Source of the DNA: a virus
Taxonomy: Duplodnaviria; Caudoviricetes
DNA: 54,287 bases
Strand: one strand, 5' to 3'
IMG/VR virus record: IMGVR_UViG_3300037313_001338
Span: 1 to 54,287 of that record
The first letter of the stretch is position 1, and each line of letters opens with the position of its first letter. Positions 8,648 to 17,744 of this stretch are shown here, piece after piece. Made by a program: the position numbers and the translations under genes. A model generated the notes under the pieces. It made no database searches, was not told the DNA's origin, and worked only from the letters and a program-made list of their open reading frames with translations.

Positions 8648-9031
8648 TCAGGCGCGGACGGCGGCGACTTCCTCGGCCGTCAGCAGGCCTTGGCTGACGA
8701 GGTAATTCAGGCCGTTCACCGTGTCCTCGTGGTCGAGGTCGACGATGGAGGCCTTGGACAGAAGGTCGAGGAAGTCGGTGATGATGGCATCGCCGCCGGC
8801 GGCGGCGCGGATGGCGATCCGCTTCTCCGCCGACAGGCGCTGCATGAAGCCCAGCGCCGAGACCTTGCGGGTCATCAGCACGAATCCTTGGCCGACGTAG
8901 CCCAGGTTCGGGTCCGTCCAGCCGAGGTCGGCGAGATCACTGTCCGCGAGGCCGACGAGATCGTGCGGCAGCGGGCCCGGATCCCCCAGACGCTCGCCGG
9001 TTTGAAGGACGATGCGTTGATAGTCGGCCAT
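8648..9031 (-). CDS. Tail fibre assembly/chaperone-like protein
   Basis: FMQRLSAEKRIAIR...VDLD...GL..LV..GLLT pattern typical of genes following fibres. Confidence 0.6.
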   Translation of the reverse strand: MADYQRIVLQTGERLGDPGPLPHDLVGLADSDLADLGWTDPNLGYVGQGFVLMTRKVSALGFMQRLSAEKRIAIRAAAGGDAIITDFLDLLSKASIVDLDHEDTVNGLNYLVSQGLLTAEEVAAVRA

Positions 9032-9032
9032 T

Positions 9033-9653
9033 TCAGTCTCCTAGCCTGACCGCAAGGACGTAGCCGTTGCCGCCATAGATGGTGCCGGCGGAGGGCTGTC
9101 CGGCGCCCGCTCCAGGACCCGGCGAAGTCAGGTTGTTGTCGCCGCCGTTGGCGCCGCGGAACGGAAGATTGGCTGGGGCCCCTGATCCGCCGGCGTAGGT
9201 GGACCCATCTCCGAGGCCGCCAGAGCCGCCGCCGGTGCCAAGACCTGCGCCACCACTCGCCCCCGCGATGGAGGGTCCGTCAGTTCCGTTGAGGTTCACG
9301 TCCCCGCCAGAGGCGACACCGGCGGTGTTGCTGCTGGCGCGGCCGGCCGTCGCCACGAGACCGCCAGGCAGGGTGAGCACCGTGTCGCTTGATGCGGTTC
9401 TGCCAACTTGGATGGTCACGCTGTCGGTTGCGCGCAGAAAGCGCGTGACCTCGAAATAGGCCCCGCTGGCCCCCCGATCGCCCGGGCCCCAGCCCACGAA
9501 CTTCCAGCGCCCGGACTGCGGCGGCGACCAGGTGTATGTGACCCCCGCCGACGGGAAGTTGTACGGCTGTTGCTGGTCAGGCAGGTTATTGGAGGCGATC
9601 TGAATTGCGGCGATGGCGCCCGCCGAGATCCGCTGACTGGCGATCGCGGGCAT
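9033..9653 (-). CDS. Glycine-rich domain tail protein
   Basis: GGASG/GGGSGG runs and closing GGNGYV motif. Confidence 0.7.
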   Translation of the reverse strand: MPAIASQRISAGAIAAIQIASNNLPDQQQPYNFPSAGVTYTWSPPQSGRWKFVGWGPGDRGASGAYFEVTRFLRATDSVTIQVGRTASSDTVLTLPGGLVATAGRASSNTAGVASGGDVNLNGTDGPSIAGASGGAGLGTGGGSGGLGDGSTYAGGSGAPANLPFRGANGGDNNLTSPGPGAGAGQPSAGTIYGGNGYVLAVRLGD

Positions 9654-10048
9654 CAGAGATCCTCGTACTGCGCGTCGAAGACGATGCCTCCGCCGGTCGG
9701 GGTGACCCCCACACCCACCCAGAGCTCTTCATTCGCCGCCAGCCGGCGGGGCGCGGTCTCGGTGAAGCCGAAGTCGGTCGGCGTCTGGAGGGTGTTCTGC
9801 GCCATGGTGTAGGCGCCCATCAGCGCCGTGCGGATCAGCGTCCAAGTCGCGCCATTCTTTCGATAGAGCTGGCACTTGGTGGCCGTCACAGTGACCTCGG
9901 TCAGGGCGGTCAGGCCGTAGAGAACTGCGCCGCTCGCCCCGGCGACGAGCAGCTGGACGGCGTTCGTGCCGTCGGTCAGCGTGGTCTTGGCCGCCGTGCA
10001 CCGCGCCTGGGCGGTCTTCACGCTCTGCGGCGTCACAATGTTGGTCAT
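9653..10048 (-). CDS. Tail-region structural protein
   Basis: RBS GGAGA; coupled ORF; beta-rich. Confidence 0.65.
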   Translation of the reverse strand: MTNIVTPQSVKTAQARCTAAKTTLTDGTNAVQLLVAGASGAVLYGLTALTEVTVTATKCQLYRKNGATWTLIRTALMGAYTMAQNTLQTPTDFGFTETAPRRLAANEELWVGVGVTPTGGGIVFDAQYEDL

Positions 10049-10060
10049 GGGCGCGGTCTC

Positions 10061-10906
10061 CTAGCGTCGGCGGCCGAGCGCGATGGCCAGCGCCGCGGCT
10101 CGATTGTCGGTGGCGGTGTTGAAGTCGGACAGATCAGCGGAGGTGAGCGTCAGCGCCGCCTTCAGCGCGGCCGCCGAGATCACCCCGGCAAGCCCCGCGA
10201 CGGAAGCCACGCCGCCCGAGGCCGAGAGGCTGATCGTCCACGCGTTGTAGGGCCCGACGCCGTCCGGGGCGGCATAGCCGCCGGCGGGCACGTCGATAGT
10301 GATCGTCTGCTTGTTGGTGACGCCATCGAGCGCGACCGCCGTGATGACCCCGGTCATCTGGTTCTTCGCCGCGCCGGTCTTGGCGGCGACGACGGTCTGG
10401 CCCTCGCTGTAGAGCGTTCCGGCCTGGTTGATGGCGAAGACCTTCAGGCCGGTCCCGATGCTAATGGCGCTGGAGCTGGTGGCGTTGAACGGCTCGCCGG
10501 TGACGTCGGCCAGCAGGGCTTCCGCCATGGCCTGGGCCGCCTCGGCGGCGGCTTGAGCCAGTTCCGCCGCGCTCTGGGCTGCCAGCGCCAAGGCCAGGCT
10601 CGCCAGGGTCGCGTCCTTCGCCGGCCCGAGGCTGCTCCAGGCGCCGCCAGGCAGCGGCGTTCCATCGGAGTCGGTCAGGGCCACGCCGAAGAACAGCGAA
10701 TTGTCGGCCCACATCTCCGGCCAGGTCCCGACGCTGTCGGCGACTACGGGGTTCGGCAGGCGCTCGGAGAGCGCCTCGTCGGCATAGACCGTCGTCAGGG
10801 TGGCGCTGTTGTTCAGGTAGAAGTACGCCTTGGCGCCGGCCACCCGGTCGCCATTGGTGTCTTCGCAGGGCATGAAGCCCGGCAGGATGATGCGGCCAGC
10901 CGCCAT
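10061..10906 (-). CDS. Tail fibre/spike anchor protein
   Basis: GAKAYFY...TVYAD...LPNPVVADS.G head-binding-like N-terminus, Ala-rich coil; RBS GGAGG before ATG 10906. Confidence 0.7.
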   Translation of the reverse strand: MAAGRIILPGFMPCEDTNGDRVAGAKAYFYLNNSATLTTVYADEALSERLPNPVVADSVGTWPEMWADNSLFFGVALTDSDGTPLPGGAWSSLGPAKDATLASLALALAAQSAAELAQAAAEAAQAMAEALLADVTGEPFNATSSSAISIGTGLKVFAINQAGTLYSEGQTVVAAKTGAAKNQMTGVITAVALDGVTNKQTITIDVPAGGYAAPDGVGPYNAWTISLSASGGVASVAGLAGVISAAALKAALTLTSADLSDFNTATDNRAAALAIALGRRR

Positions 10907-10949
10907 CAAGGCCTCCACGAAACGTCAACAGGGAATTGGACCCGGCGGC

Positions 10950-10977
10950 TTGCGGGCGAAGCGGCGCGTGCGATAGT
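10950..10977 (+). promoter_or_regulatory. Putative sigma70 promoter for the small antisense gene
   Basis: TTGCGG-N16-GATAGT, 7 nt before ATG 10985. Confidence 0.5.
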
Positions 10978-10984
10978 CGGCCGG

Positions 10985-11149
10985 ATGCAGCGCGCGTTAC
11001 CGCCGCCGACGCCCTTGGAGGGCGATTACCGGGTGATCCCGCCGAATCCGCGGGTCGTCTGGTCGTTCTGGCGCGACGACCTTCCGGCCCTCACCCGCCT
11101 GATTGCCGGCGCGTTTCTCGCTGCCGCGGTCTACCGCTTCCTGTCCTGA
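10985..11149 (+). CDS. Small membrane protein, 54 aa; superinfection-exclusion candidate
   Basis: C-terminal TM helix; opposite strand, between ejection and tail genes. Confidence 0.55.
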   Translation: MQRALPPPTPLEGDYRVIPPNPRVVWSFWRDDLPALTRLIAGAFLAAAVYRFLS

Positions 11150-13617
11150 GTCATCGGCCCCGCGATGGTCGCGCGGACGCTCGGCTGACCCACCATTCTG
11201 GGCGCGGGCGGCGGGGCTAAGGCCTCCTCCACGCGCGACAGGCCGAAGTTCGCCGGGCTCGTGGCGATCTCCACGAGGATCTGCCGCTCTTGGTCAGTGA
11301 GCGAGACGCCCGCGCGCATCTTGCCGACGATGGTTGCGATAAGCCCGAGCTTGCTCGTCGGGATCGACGCCACCAGTTCCTCGTCCGCCAGGCGACCGGC
11401 CGTCTGGGACCCGCTATTCGGATTGATGAAGCGGGCGTTCTGCACCTGCTCAACGGAGTTTCGGATCGCCGCCTGATAGTCGGCGGCGGCGTCCTGGCCG
11501 AAGGTCTCCGAAAGGTTGTTGCGCGCCCGCGTGGCGGTTCCGATGCGATTGAGCACTCCAGTGGCCCCTTCGGGCGGACGCTCGATCATTCCGACCAGCT
11601 CGCCGGCCGCGCCCGTCTGCGCGAGCTCGCGCCGGTCCTGGATGGCCGTCATGCTGGGTCGAAACTGATCGGTTGGCGTGGTCATCACCCCGCGCCCCGT
11701 CTCCAAGGCGCGGCGATCCGCCACCGCCGAAGCGATGTTGCCGCGCGCCGAGCGCACGGAAGCGAGGTCCGCGGGCGAGACCAGGATGCGCGCCAGCTGC
11801 GGCGCCTCGCGATTGAACCGCCCGAAGGCGGCCCCGTAGTTCTCCGTGCCGGAGTCTCGACCGAGGACGCGGCTCAGCGCCTCCTGCCGCAACGCTTCCC
11901 ACTGCGGGCTGTCCGCGCCCAGTGTATCGCGAAGGCGGGTGAGGTCTCGGACCAGATCGGGGCGTTGGGCGAGGCCGTTTCGCCCCAGGATAGCCGAGCT
12001 CGCGTCCTCTGGCGCCACGACGTTGGCGCGCCCTGAGCCGTGACGACCGCGCTCGGTGAGTTGCGCGATAAGGTCGTCGCCCTCGAACTGCCGGCCGAAA
12101 TCCCGGCGCGCACCGATGGCCGTGCGCCAGAGGTTCACGACTTGCGGGTCGCCGGTGATGGCGCCGCGCTCGACTGCCGCCTCGATCTCGGAGTCCAGGG
12201 CCCGGACGGCGCGGCTGGCGGCGGCGCCTTGGATGTCCGGCGTGGCGCGCAGGCTGCTCAGGTGCTGGCGGGCTTCGAACAGGTCGCGCAGCGTGGGCGT
12301 GGAGAGGCGATCCACGTCCCCAAGCACGCGGGTGACGCTGGGGATGTCCTGCGGATGGAAATCGCGCACCGATTCCCGCAGCGACGCAGCCAGCGCCGGG
12401 CGGTCGGCCGCCGCTAGGTGGGCGGCTTCGGGCGCGGCTTCGCGGGCGCGGGCGTAAGCGGCATCCACCCCGGCCTTTGCGCGGTCGTAGGACGTATTGA
12501 GGGCCGCGCTGACCTGAACGCCGCCAGAGCCGGGCTCGACTTCCGGCGCAGCGCTGTGTGTCGCGATCCGACGCTCGACATCTGCGGTGACGTCGGGGAT
12601 CGTCCGCCCGCCCGGCGCGAGCGCCCGCGTCCGCTCGATCGCGACGTCCTGCAGATCGGCTGCAACCCGAGCGCCGTACTTCGAGGCGACGTTACGCCCA
12701 CCGCCAGACATGGCCGCGCCGCGGATGAGGGCCATCGTGCGCTGGCCGCCGCCGTTCTTGGCCAGGACATCCATGAAGGCCGGCGAGGCGCCGCCCACGC
12801 GCTGCCATTCGTCGACCGCCGAGGCGATCTGCGAGCTGCTGAAACCGTCCGCCCGCATGGCCTCGGCAAGCCTGCCGACGGCCTGGGAGTGAGGGTCCAG
12901 GAACGGCCCAGCGCCCGTCTTGGCCGCCGCCGCATTGACCATGCGAACCGCCGTCCGGCCAGTGGCGCCGGCCAGCTTGCCTGTCAGCCGCGCACCAGCA
13001 ACGGCGGCATCTCCCGCCATCGGGACGACGACGCCCGCCGCAGCGCCAGGGATCACGGCCGAACTTGCGGCCTTAAGGCGGTCCGAAGCCGACCCACGGC
13101 CTGCAGCGGCGTTGGCGGCCGCGTAGGACGCGCCGATGGCGGCGTTCTTGCCGACCGTCTTCGCGCCGGCCGCGAGACGGCCGGTCATCGAGGGGGCCTT
13201 CTCGGCGATGGCTGGCGCGGCCGACGCCCCTCCGCTGAAGAACATGGGGATGGCCTGGACGCTGTAGCCCATCCCCGTCATGGCGTTGGCCGCGATCGGG
13301 TGCGCCGTCTTGAACTCAGCCTGCTCGCCCTCTTGGAAGTCGCGGTTCGCCTTCCAGGTCTTGTCGAGCGATCCCTTGCCGGACAGGGTGTCGGCGAGGG
13401 CCAGCATGCCCGCCTTGGCCTCGTCAAGCAGCGGCACAGCCTCGTCGAAGGTGGCCGTAGCCCCGCGGGAGGCGGGCTTGGCCCGCGCTTTCAGGCGGCC
13501 GAGCGCGTAGTTGTCGGTCACCAGACCACGGCGCACACCCTCCTCGTAGGCAGACGCCTTGTCTGCCGGGAGGAGGCCACGCTTATAGGCCTCGGCGAGG
13601 AGTGCGGGATCGGCCAT
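11131..13617 (-). CDS. Large internal virion/DNA ejection protein
   Basis: 828 aa helical Ala-rich protein; third of the ejection trio as in P22 gp16. Confidence 0.75.
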   Translation of the reverse strand: MADPALLAEAYKRGLLPADKASAYEEGVRRGLVTDNYALGRLKARAKPASRGATATFDEAVPLLDEAKAGMLALADTLSGKGSLDKTWKANRDFQEGEQAEFKTAHPIAANAMTGMGYSVQAIPMFFSGGASAAPAIAEKAPSMTGRLAAGAKTVGKNAAIGASYAAANAAAGRGSASDRLKAASSAVIPGAAAGVVVPMAGDAAVAGARLTGKLAGATGRTAVRMVNAAAAKTGAGPFLDPHSQAVGRLAEAMRADGFSSSQIASAVDEWQRVGGASPAFMDVLAKNGGGQRTMALIRGAAMSGGGRNVASKYGARVAADLQDVAIERTRALAPGGRTIPDVTADVERRIATHSAAPEVEPGSGGVQVSAALNTSYDRAKAGVDAAYARAREAAPEAAHLAAADRPALAASLRESVRDFHPQDIPSVTRVLGDVDRLSTPTLRDLFEARQHLSSLRATPDIQGAAASRAVRALDSEIEAAVERGAITGDPQVVNLWRTAIGARRDFGRQFEGDDLIAQLTERGRHGSGRANVVAPEDASSAILGRNGLAQRPDLVRDLTRLRDTLGADSPQWEALRQEALSRVLGRDSGTENYGAAFGRFNREAPQLARILVSPADLASVRSARGNIASAVADRRALETGRGVMTTPTDQFRPSMTAIQDRRELAQTGAAGELVGMIERPPEGATGVLNRIGTATRARNNLSETFGQDAAADYQAAIRNSVEQVQNARFINPNSGSQTAGRLADEELVASIPTSKLGLIATIVGKMRAGVSLTDQERQILVEIATSPANFGLSRVEEALAPPPAPRMVGQPSVRATIAGPMTQDRKR

Positions 13618-15567
13618 CTACAGCCCCAGCGCAGCCTTGATTTCGGCGTCGGTCATCTGGTGCGCCGGCTTCGCCGCGCCCTTTGCGGCGGGCTTGGCGG
13701 CCGGCGGCGCGGAAGCTGCAGGCGCGGAGGCAGCCTTCGGCTTGGTGAGCGGCATGTAGCCGCTCTCCTCCCCGAACTGCACCTCGATCTGGCTGTTATT
13801 GTTCTGAAGTTGCTGCTTCAGCCCCTCCAGCTTCTTGATGGCGGCTTCCGCCGTGTCCGTCGGCATCGGGATGAACGGCTTCAGGCGCGGGGTCTCCGCC
13901 GCCGTGACCGCGGCCCCAGACAGGTCGTGGATCTTCACGGCGCCGACGTTGGCGACGGCGGCACGGACCTTGATGCCGTCCGGGTCAAGGCGCTGGCGAA
14001 CCTCATCGCCCGCCAGGTTGGCCAGCCCCATGGACTTCGGGCGCTGCCGAAGGAGTGCGATGGCCTGGTCGATCTGGGCGATGCCCGCGTTGTTCTCCAG
14101 GTAGCCGGACTGGATCTTCGGCGGAACGCGCCGATTGGCGGCGCCCGTGCCGGTCACCACGTGGATTTGGCCGTCTGGTGTGACCTGGGCCGGCACATCG
14201 GCGCCGATGCCATACTGCGCCTTCTCCTCCGGGGTGGCGGGCCGCGCCTTGGCCTTCGGCGCGCCCCGCGCCACCACCCGCTCGCCGGCCGGAAGCCCCG
14301 CGCCGTCCGCAGGCTGCGCAGCGCCGCCCTCAGCCCCCGCCCAGCGCTGGCGCCACATGCTGACGAACTGCCCCGCGCTCATGTCCGGCGAGCCGCCATT
14401 CGCCACGATGGCGCGCTTGGCCATCTCGCCGTTGCCATAGACCGGCGTCAGCACGGAGACCGCATTAACCTCTGGCGGAGCCGTGAGCAGCGCCCGGCCG
14501 CCCGCAGGCCCCTGCTGATGCATCAGGTAGACGTTGGCGTCGCTGGCCTCCACGCCCAGCTGGGCGAGATTCTCACGGTCGCGGCGTGACAGGGCGAGGG
14601 CCGCCTTGGTCTGCTCGCCCACGTCGTTGATGTTCTTGCCGCCCACGCCCGCGAAGGTGTCGGGGTGGAACTGGAAGAGGCCAGTCGAGCGGCCGTTCTG
14701 CGCGCCAGGATCACCGCTGCTCTCGACCTCGGCGAGGCGCTGCAGATAGGTGACCTCCTCCGGCTTGGCGCCGGCGGCTTGCGCGATCTGCCCCACCTGG
14801 CCGTAGATGCCGCTGGTCTTGGCGCGCGTCGGGCCGGCGGGAGCATCGGTCTCGGGCGCGCCGGCAGCTAGACCGCCCTCTCCACCGACGGCGATGAGGG
14901 TCTCGTCCGGCCCCACCTTCACGTACTTCTCGCCGTTATAGATCTCCTTGCCGGAGTACGGGTCGACGAGGTGACTGCCGACCACGACGCCCTTCTTGCT
15001 TTCCAGGTACTTCGCGAGGCCCATGGCCTGCGTGTAGACGGTCGCAAGGTTCGTGTCGGTCGGCTCGAAGCTGTCGATATCCTGGTCGGAGTAGCCCGCG
15101 TCCTTCAGCTCGTCCCGGTGCTGCTGGATGAAGGCCCTGCGCTGCCCGATGTCCGCGATCTCACCAATCGGGGCGACGATCTCGGCGACGCGGGCGGCCT
15201 TGCGGTGCGCCGCTTCAAGCTTGTGCTGTTCCGCCGCGTCGATCGCCTCCTGCAGGTGGCCCGCGATCTCGAAGTCACCAGCGCCCTGAGCCGCCTTCAC
15301 CGCGGCCTGGGGATCGGCGGTGAAGGTTTGGCCGTAGCCCTTCGTTCGGGCCTGCTGGTCCTGGGTCTCACCGTACTTGAGGGTGTTGACCGCCAGTTCT
15401 GGATCGAAGCCCGCCACGGCGCCCGCCGCGCCCTTCCAGTCGCCGGTCATCAGGCCCTGGCCATAGGTCTGCTGGGCCTGGTTGCGCTCGCGCGTCATGC
15501 GGGCCTTGGTTCCCGCCTCCAGCGCGCCGATCCAATCGCCGGCGTTCGGGTAGATGAACTCAGCCAT
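13618..15567 (-). CDS. Ejection protein with lytic transglycosylase domain
   Basis: EVESSGDPGAQNGRSTGLFQF SLT motif. Confidence 0.82.
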   Translation of the reverse strand: MAEFIYPNAGDWIGALEAGTKARMTRERNQAQQTYGQGLMTGDWKGAAGAVAGFDPELAVNTLKYGETQDQQARTKGYGQTFTADPQAAVKAAQGAGDFEIAGHLQEAIDAAEQHKLEAAHRKAARVAEIVAPIGEIADIGQRRAFIQQHRDELKDAGYSDQDIDSFEPTDTNLATVYTQAMGLAKYLESKKGVVVGSHLVDPYSGKEIYNGEKYVKVGPDETLIAVGGEGGLAAGAPETDAPAGPTRAKTSGIYGQVGQIAQAAGAKPEEVTYLQRLAEVESSGDPGAQNGRSTGLFQFHPDTFAGVGGKNINDVGEQTKAALALSRRDRENLAQLGVEASDANVYLMHQQGPAGGRALLTAPPEVNAVSVLTPVYGNGEMAKRAIVANGGSPDMSAGQFVSMWRQRWAGAEGGAAQPADGAGLPAGERVVARGAPKAKARPATPEEKAQYGIGADVPAQVTPDGQIHVVTGTGAANRRVPPKIQSGYLENNAGIAQIDQAIALLRQRPKSMGLANLAGDEVRQRLDPDGIKVRAAVANVGAVKIHDLSGAAVTAAETPRLKPFIPMPTDTAEAAIKKLEGLKQQLQNNNSQIEVQFGEESGYMPLTKPKAASAPAASAPPAAKPAAKGAAKPAHQMTDAEIKAALGL

Positions 15568-15577
15568 GCGCCGCCCC

Positions 15578-16939
15578 TCAGATGTTGTAGGACTTGGGAA
15601 GGGAGGCGCCGGCGCCCCCGCCGAACGCGCCGCCGCCGAACAGATAGGCGCCCGTGGTCATCAGGTTGTTGATGCCGGCGTTCCAGGCGTTCGCCCCGTT
15701 GATCGCCCCCTGCCCCCGAGCGTTCGCCGCAGTCATGTTCGCCGCATTGGTGTTCTGCGCGAAGGTCTGGGCCGCGTTCTGGTTCGCGGCGTTCGCCCCC
15801 GTGCCAAAGCCCGAAAGCGCCAGCAGCTGGCTGTTGCGGGTGTCGTAGCGGCCGGTCGTGTAGGCGCGGTCGTCGGCGTAGAGGCCGTCCGAGCGCGCCC
15901 GGTCCTGCACGAAATCACCGCGCGCGTCGCGCGACTGGCCGTATCCGAAGCCGCGATCCGACTCGTAGATGTTGTCGTTGCGCGCGCGCTCCAGATTGAG
16001 CTGGTTTGTCATATAGTTGCGGTAGTCGGTGAAGCCCTGCGCGGCCAGGCCGTTGGCGCGCTCCTGCGCCGCCTTGATCCGCGAGCCGCTGAGCACCCGG
16101 CCCATGGAGGAACTGAGGTTGTCCAGCGCCTTCTGATCTTCTTGGACCCGGAACTTGTAGTCGGGGCTGTTCTGGTAGTCCTCGAAGGAGACCCGGATCG
16201 GTCCCGAGGTCATCCGCGGACCCGCCTGGTAGGGCGCGGGCCCAGACCCCATCTCCGGACGCGGCCCGACGCCATAGCCGCCGGGCGCGGTCGGGTCGTT
16301 GTAGCCCTCGTTGCCGGCGCTGCCGGTCATGGAGGGCGGAGCGGCGAACTCGGGGTTCGTCGAGCCACTCATCGGCAGGGCGCGTTTCTCGCCCTTGCCG
16401 TAGTTGTCGTAATGCCAGGCGTAGTAGGCGTTCGGGTCGTTGCCGAAGTGCGAGGCGTTGCCGGTCTGGACGATGTGGTTCCACTCGGCCGCAACGTCGG
16501 GGTTCTGCTTGCCGTAGGCCGCCCAATCCGCGCCGCCGCCCGAGCCGCCCACGCCCGGGCCGCCGATCACCGTCTCCGCCCCCCCGCCGCCGAATCCTTG
16601 CGATCCGATCACGCCAGTGCGCGCTCCGCCCGTCATTGCTGGGCCTGAGACCGTGCCGCCGCCGCTTCCGCCGCCGGCAGGCATGGCGCCGGTCATGGTC
16701 ATCGGCAGGCCGAAGCCGCGCGCCACCGCCGAAGCGGCGCTGAGGCCGATCTGGCGAAAGGGCTCGTTGTCCGAGCGCGTGGTGTCGTAGATGTAGCGGT
16801 TGAGCTCGTTCGCCTGGCGAGACGCCTCGGCCGCCTGGTTGGCCGCGTACTTGCTCGCCTTCGCCGCCTTAGAGGCGCCCAGAAGCGTCCCCCCGATCGC
16901 CGCGCCGCCCAAGATCGCCGCCGCCGTGCCAATGGCCAT
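15578..16939 (-). CDS. DNA transfer/pilot protein (P22 gp7-like)
   Basis: Hydrophobic Gly/Ala N-terminus, SPDYKFR motif, Ala/Asn-rich C-terminus. Confidence 0.78.
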   Translation of the reverse strand: MAIGTAAAILGGAAIGGTLLGASKAAKASKYAANQAAEASRQANELNRYIYDTTRSDNEPFRQIGLSAASAVARGFGLPMTMTGAMPAGGGSGGGTVSGPAMTGGARTGVIGSQGFGGGGAETVIGGPGVGGSGGGADWAAYGKQNPDVAAEWNHIVQTGNASHFGNDPNAYYAWHYDNYGKGEKRALPMSGSTNPEFAAPPSMTGSAGNEGYNDPTAPGGYGVGPRPEMGSGPAPYQAGPRMTSGPIRVSFEDYQNSPDYKFRVQEDQKALDNLSSSMGRVLSGSRIKAAQERANGLAAQGFTDYRNYMTNQLNLERARNDNIYESDRGFGYGQSRDARGDFVQDRARSDGLYADDRAYTTGRYDTRNSQLLALSGFGTGANAANQNAAQTFAQNTNAANMTAANARGQGAINGANAWNAGINNLMTTGAYLFGGGAFGGGAGASLPKSYNI

Positions 16940-16941
16940 CG

Positions 16942-17364
16942 TCACAACCTCTTCTGGAAGGCGACCTCAGTCGCGACGTAGCCCTGGCGGGCGAAGACGC
17001 GGCGGATCGCGCGCTCGCGCTCGTCCACGAGCCCGGACGTGCAGCTGACCACCTCAAGGCCCCCGGCGGCTTCCCGCCCCCAGGCCTCAAACGCGGCCAG
17101 CAGTTCCTGACCCTCGGCCCTCGCGAACCAGAACAGTTCGCTCAGGAAGGCCACGGCGCGATTGAAGTAGCAGGGGACCAGGACGCCCCCGATGAAGCCG
17201 TCGTCGGAAAGGAAGATCGCGCCGGCGCCCTCGATAATCTGAGCCACGGAAGCGGCGAAGTCGTCCTCATTGAGCGCGATCCAGCGATGCGGCGAATAGG
17301 CCAGGAACTCGCGGCCGAGCCGCATGATCTCCGGCAGGTCGTCCAGAGTGGCCTTGCGGATCAT
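16942..17364 (-). CDS. GNAT-family acetyltransferase
   Basis: MIRKATLDDLP start, ELFWF; usual position before the pilot gene. Confidence 0.8.
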   Translation of the reverse strand: MIRKATLDDLPEIMRLGREFLAYSPHRWIALNEDDFAASVAQIIEGAGAIFLSDDGFIGGVLVPCYFNRAVAFLSELFWFARAEGQELLAAFEAWGREAAGGLEVVSCTSGLVDERERAIRRVFARQGYVATEVAFQKRL

Positions 17365-17744
17365 GAGATGGCCGTGATCCGGCCGAAGCCGTCGACCGTG
17401 ATGGCGTTGACCGGCGAATGGGTTCCGGCGACGCCGGCCACCGCCGCAAGGTCGATGGTGGGATTGGCGACGGCGCCACTCCCGTTGCTGACGGCGATGC
17501 GGCCGGCCGCGCCGGTGATCGTCCGCTTGGCGAAGGTGTCGACGCCGGTCTCGGCCACGAGGCCCGTGGCGGTGTCCATCTCGGCCAGACCCGTCAGAGT
17601 ATCGTCGGCCGCCTGCAGCCCTCCGGTGATGCCGCCGGCGCGGGTCACCAGGTCATTGAAGAAGGTCCGCCAGGCCTGCGTCATGTAGCCGTTGCGGTCG
17701 AGGACCGGCGTGGAGGCCGGCGGGATTTGCAGCGTGGTCGTCAT
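17361..17744 (-). CDS. Tail needle/plug-like protein
   Basis: Follows the gp10-like gene; W..FF motif and ITVDGFGRITA fibre repeat. Confidence 0.6.
   Translation of the reverse strand: MTTTLQIPPASTPVLDRNGYMTQAWRTFFNDLVTRAGGITGGLQAADDTLTGLAEMDTATGLVAETGVDTFAKRTITGAAGRIAVSNGSGAVANPTIDLAAVAGVAGTHSPVNAITVDGFGRITAIS

Noticed and set aside
12418-14589. Long + strand ORFs opposite structural and replication genes (also 4861-6366, 23170-24933, 24930-26372, 32448-33845)
   Set aside because: Antisense shadows typical of high-GC coding DNA; no motifs, and the opposite strand has clear genes
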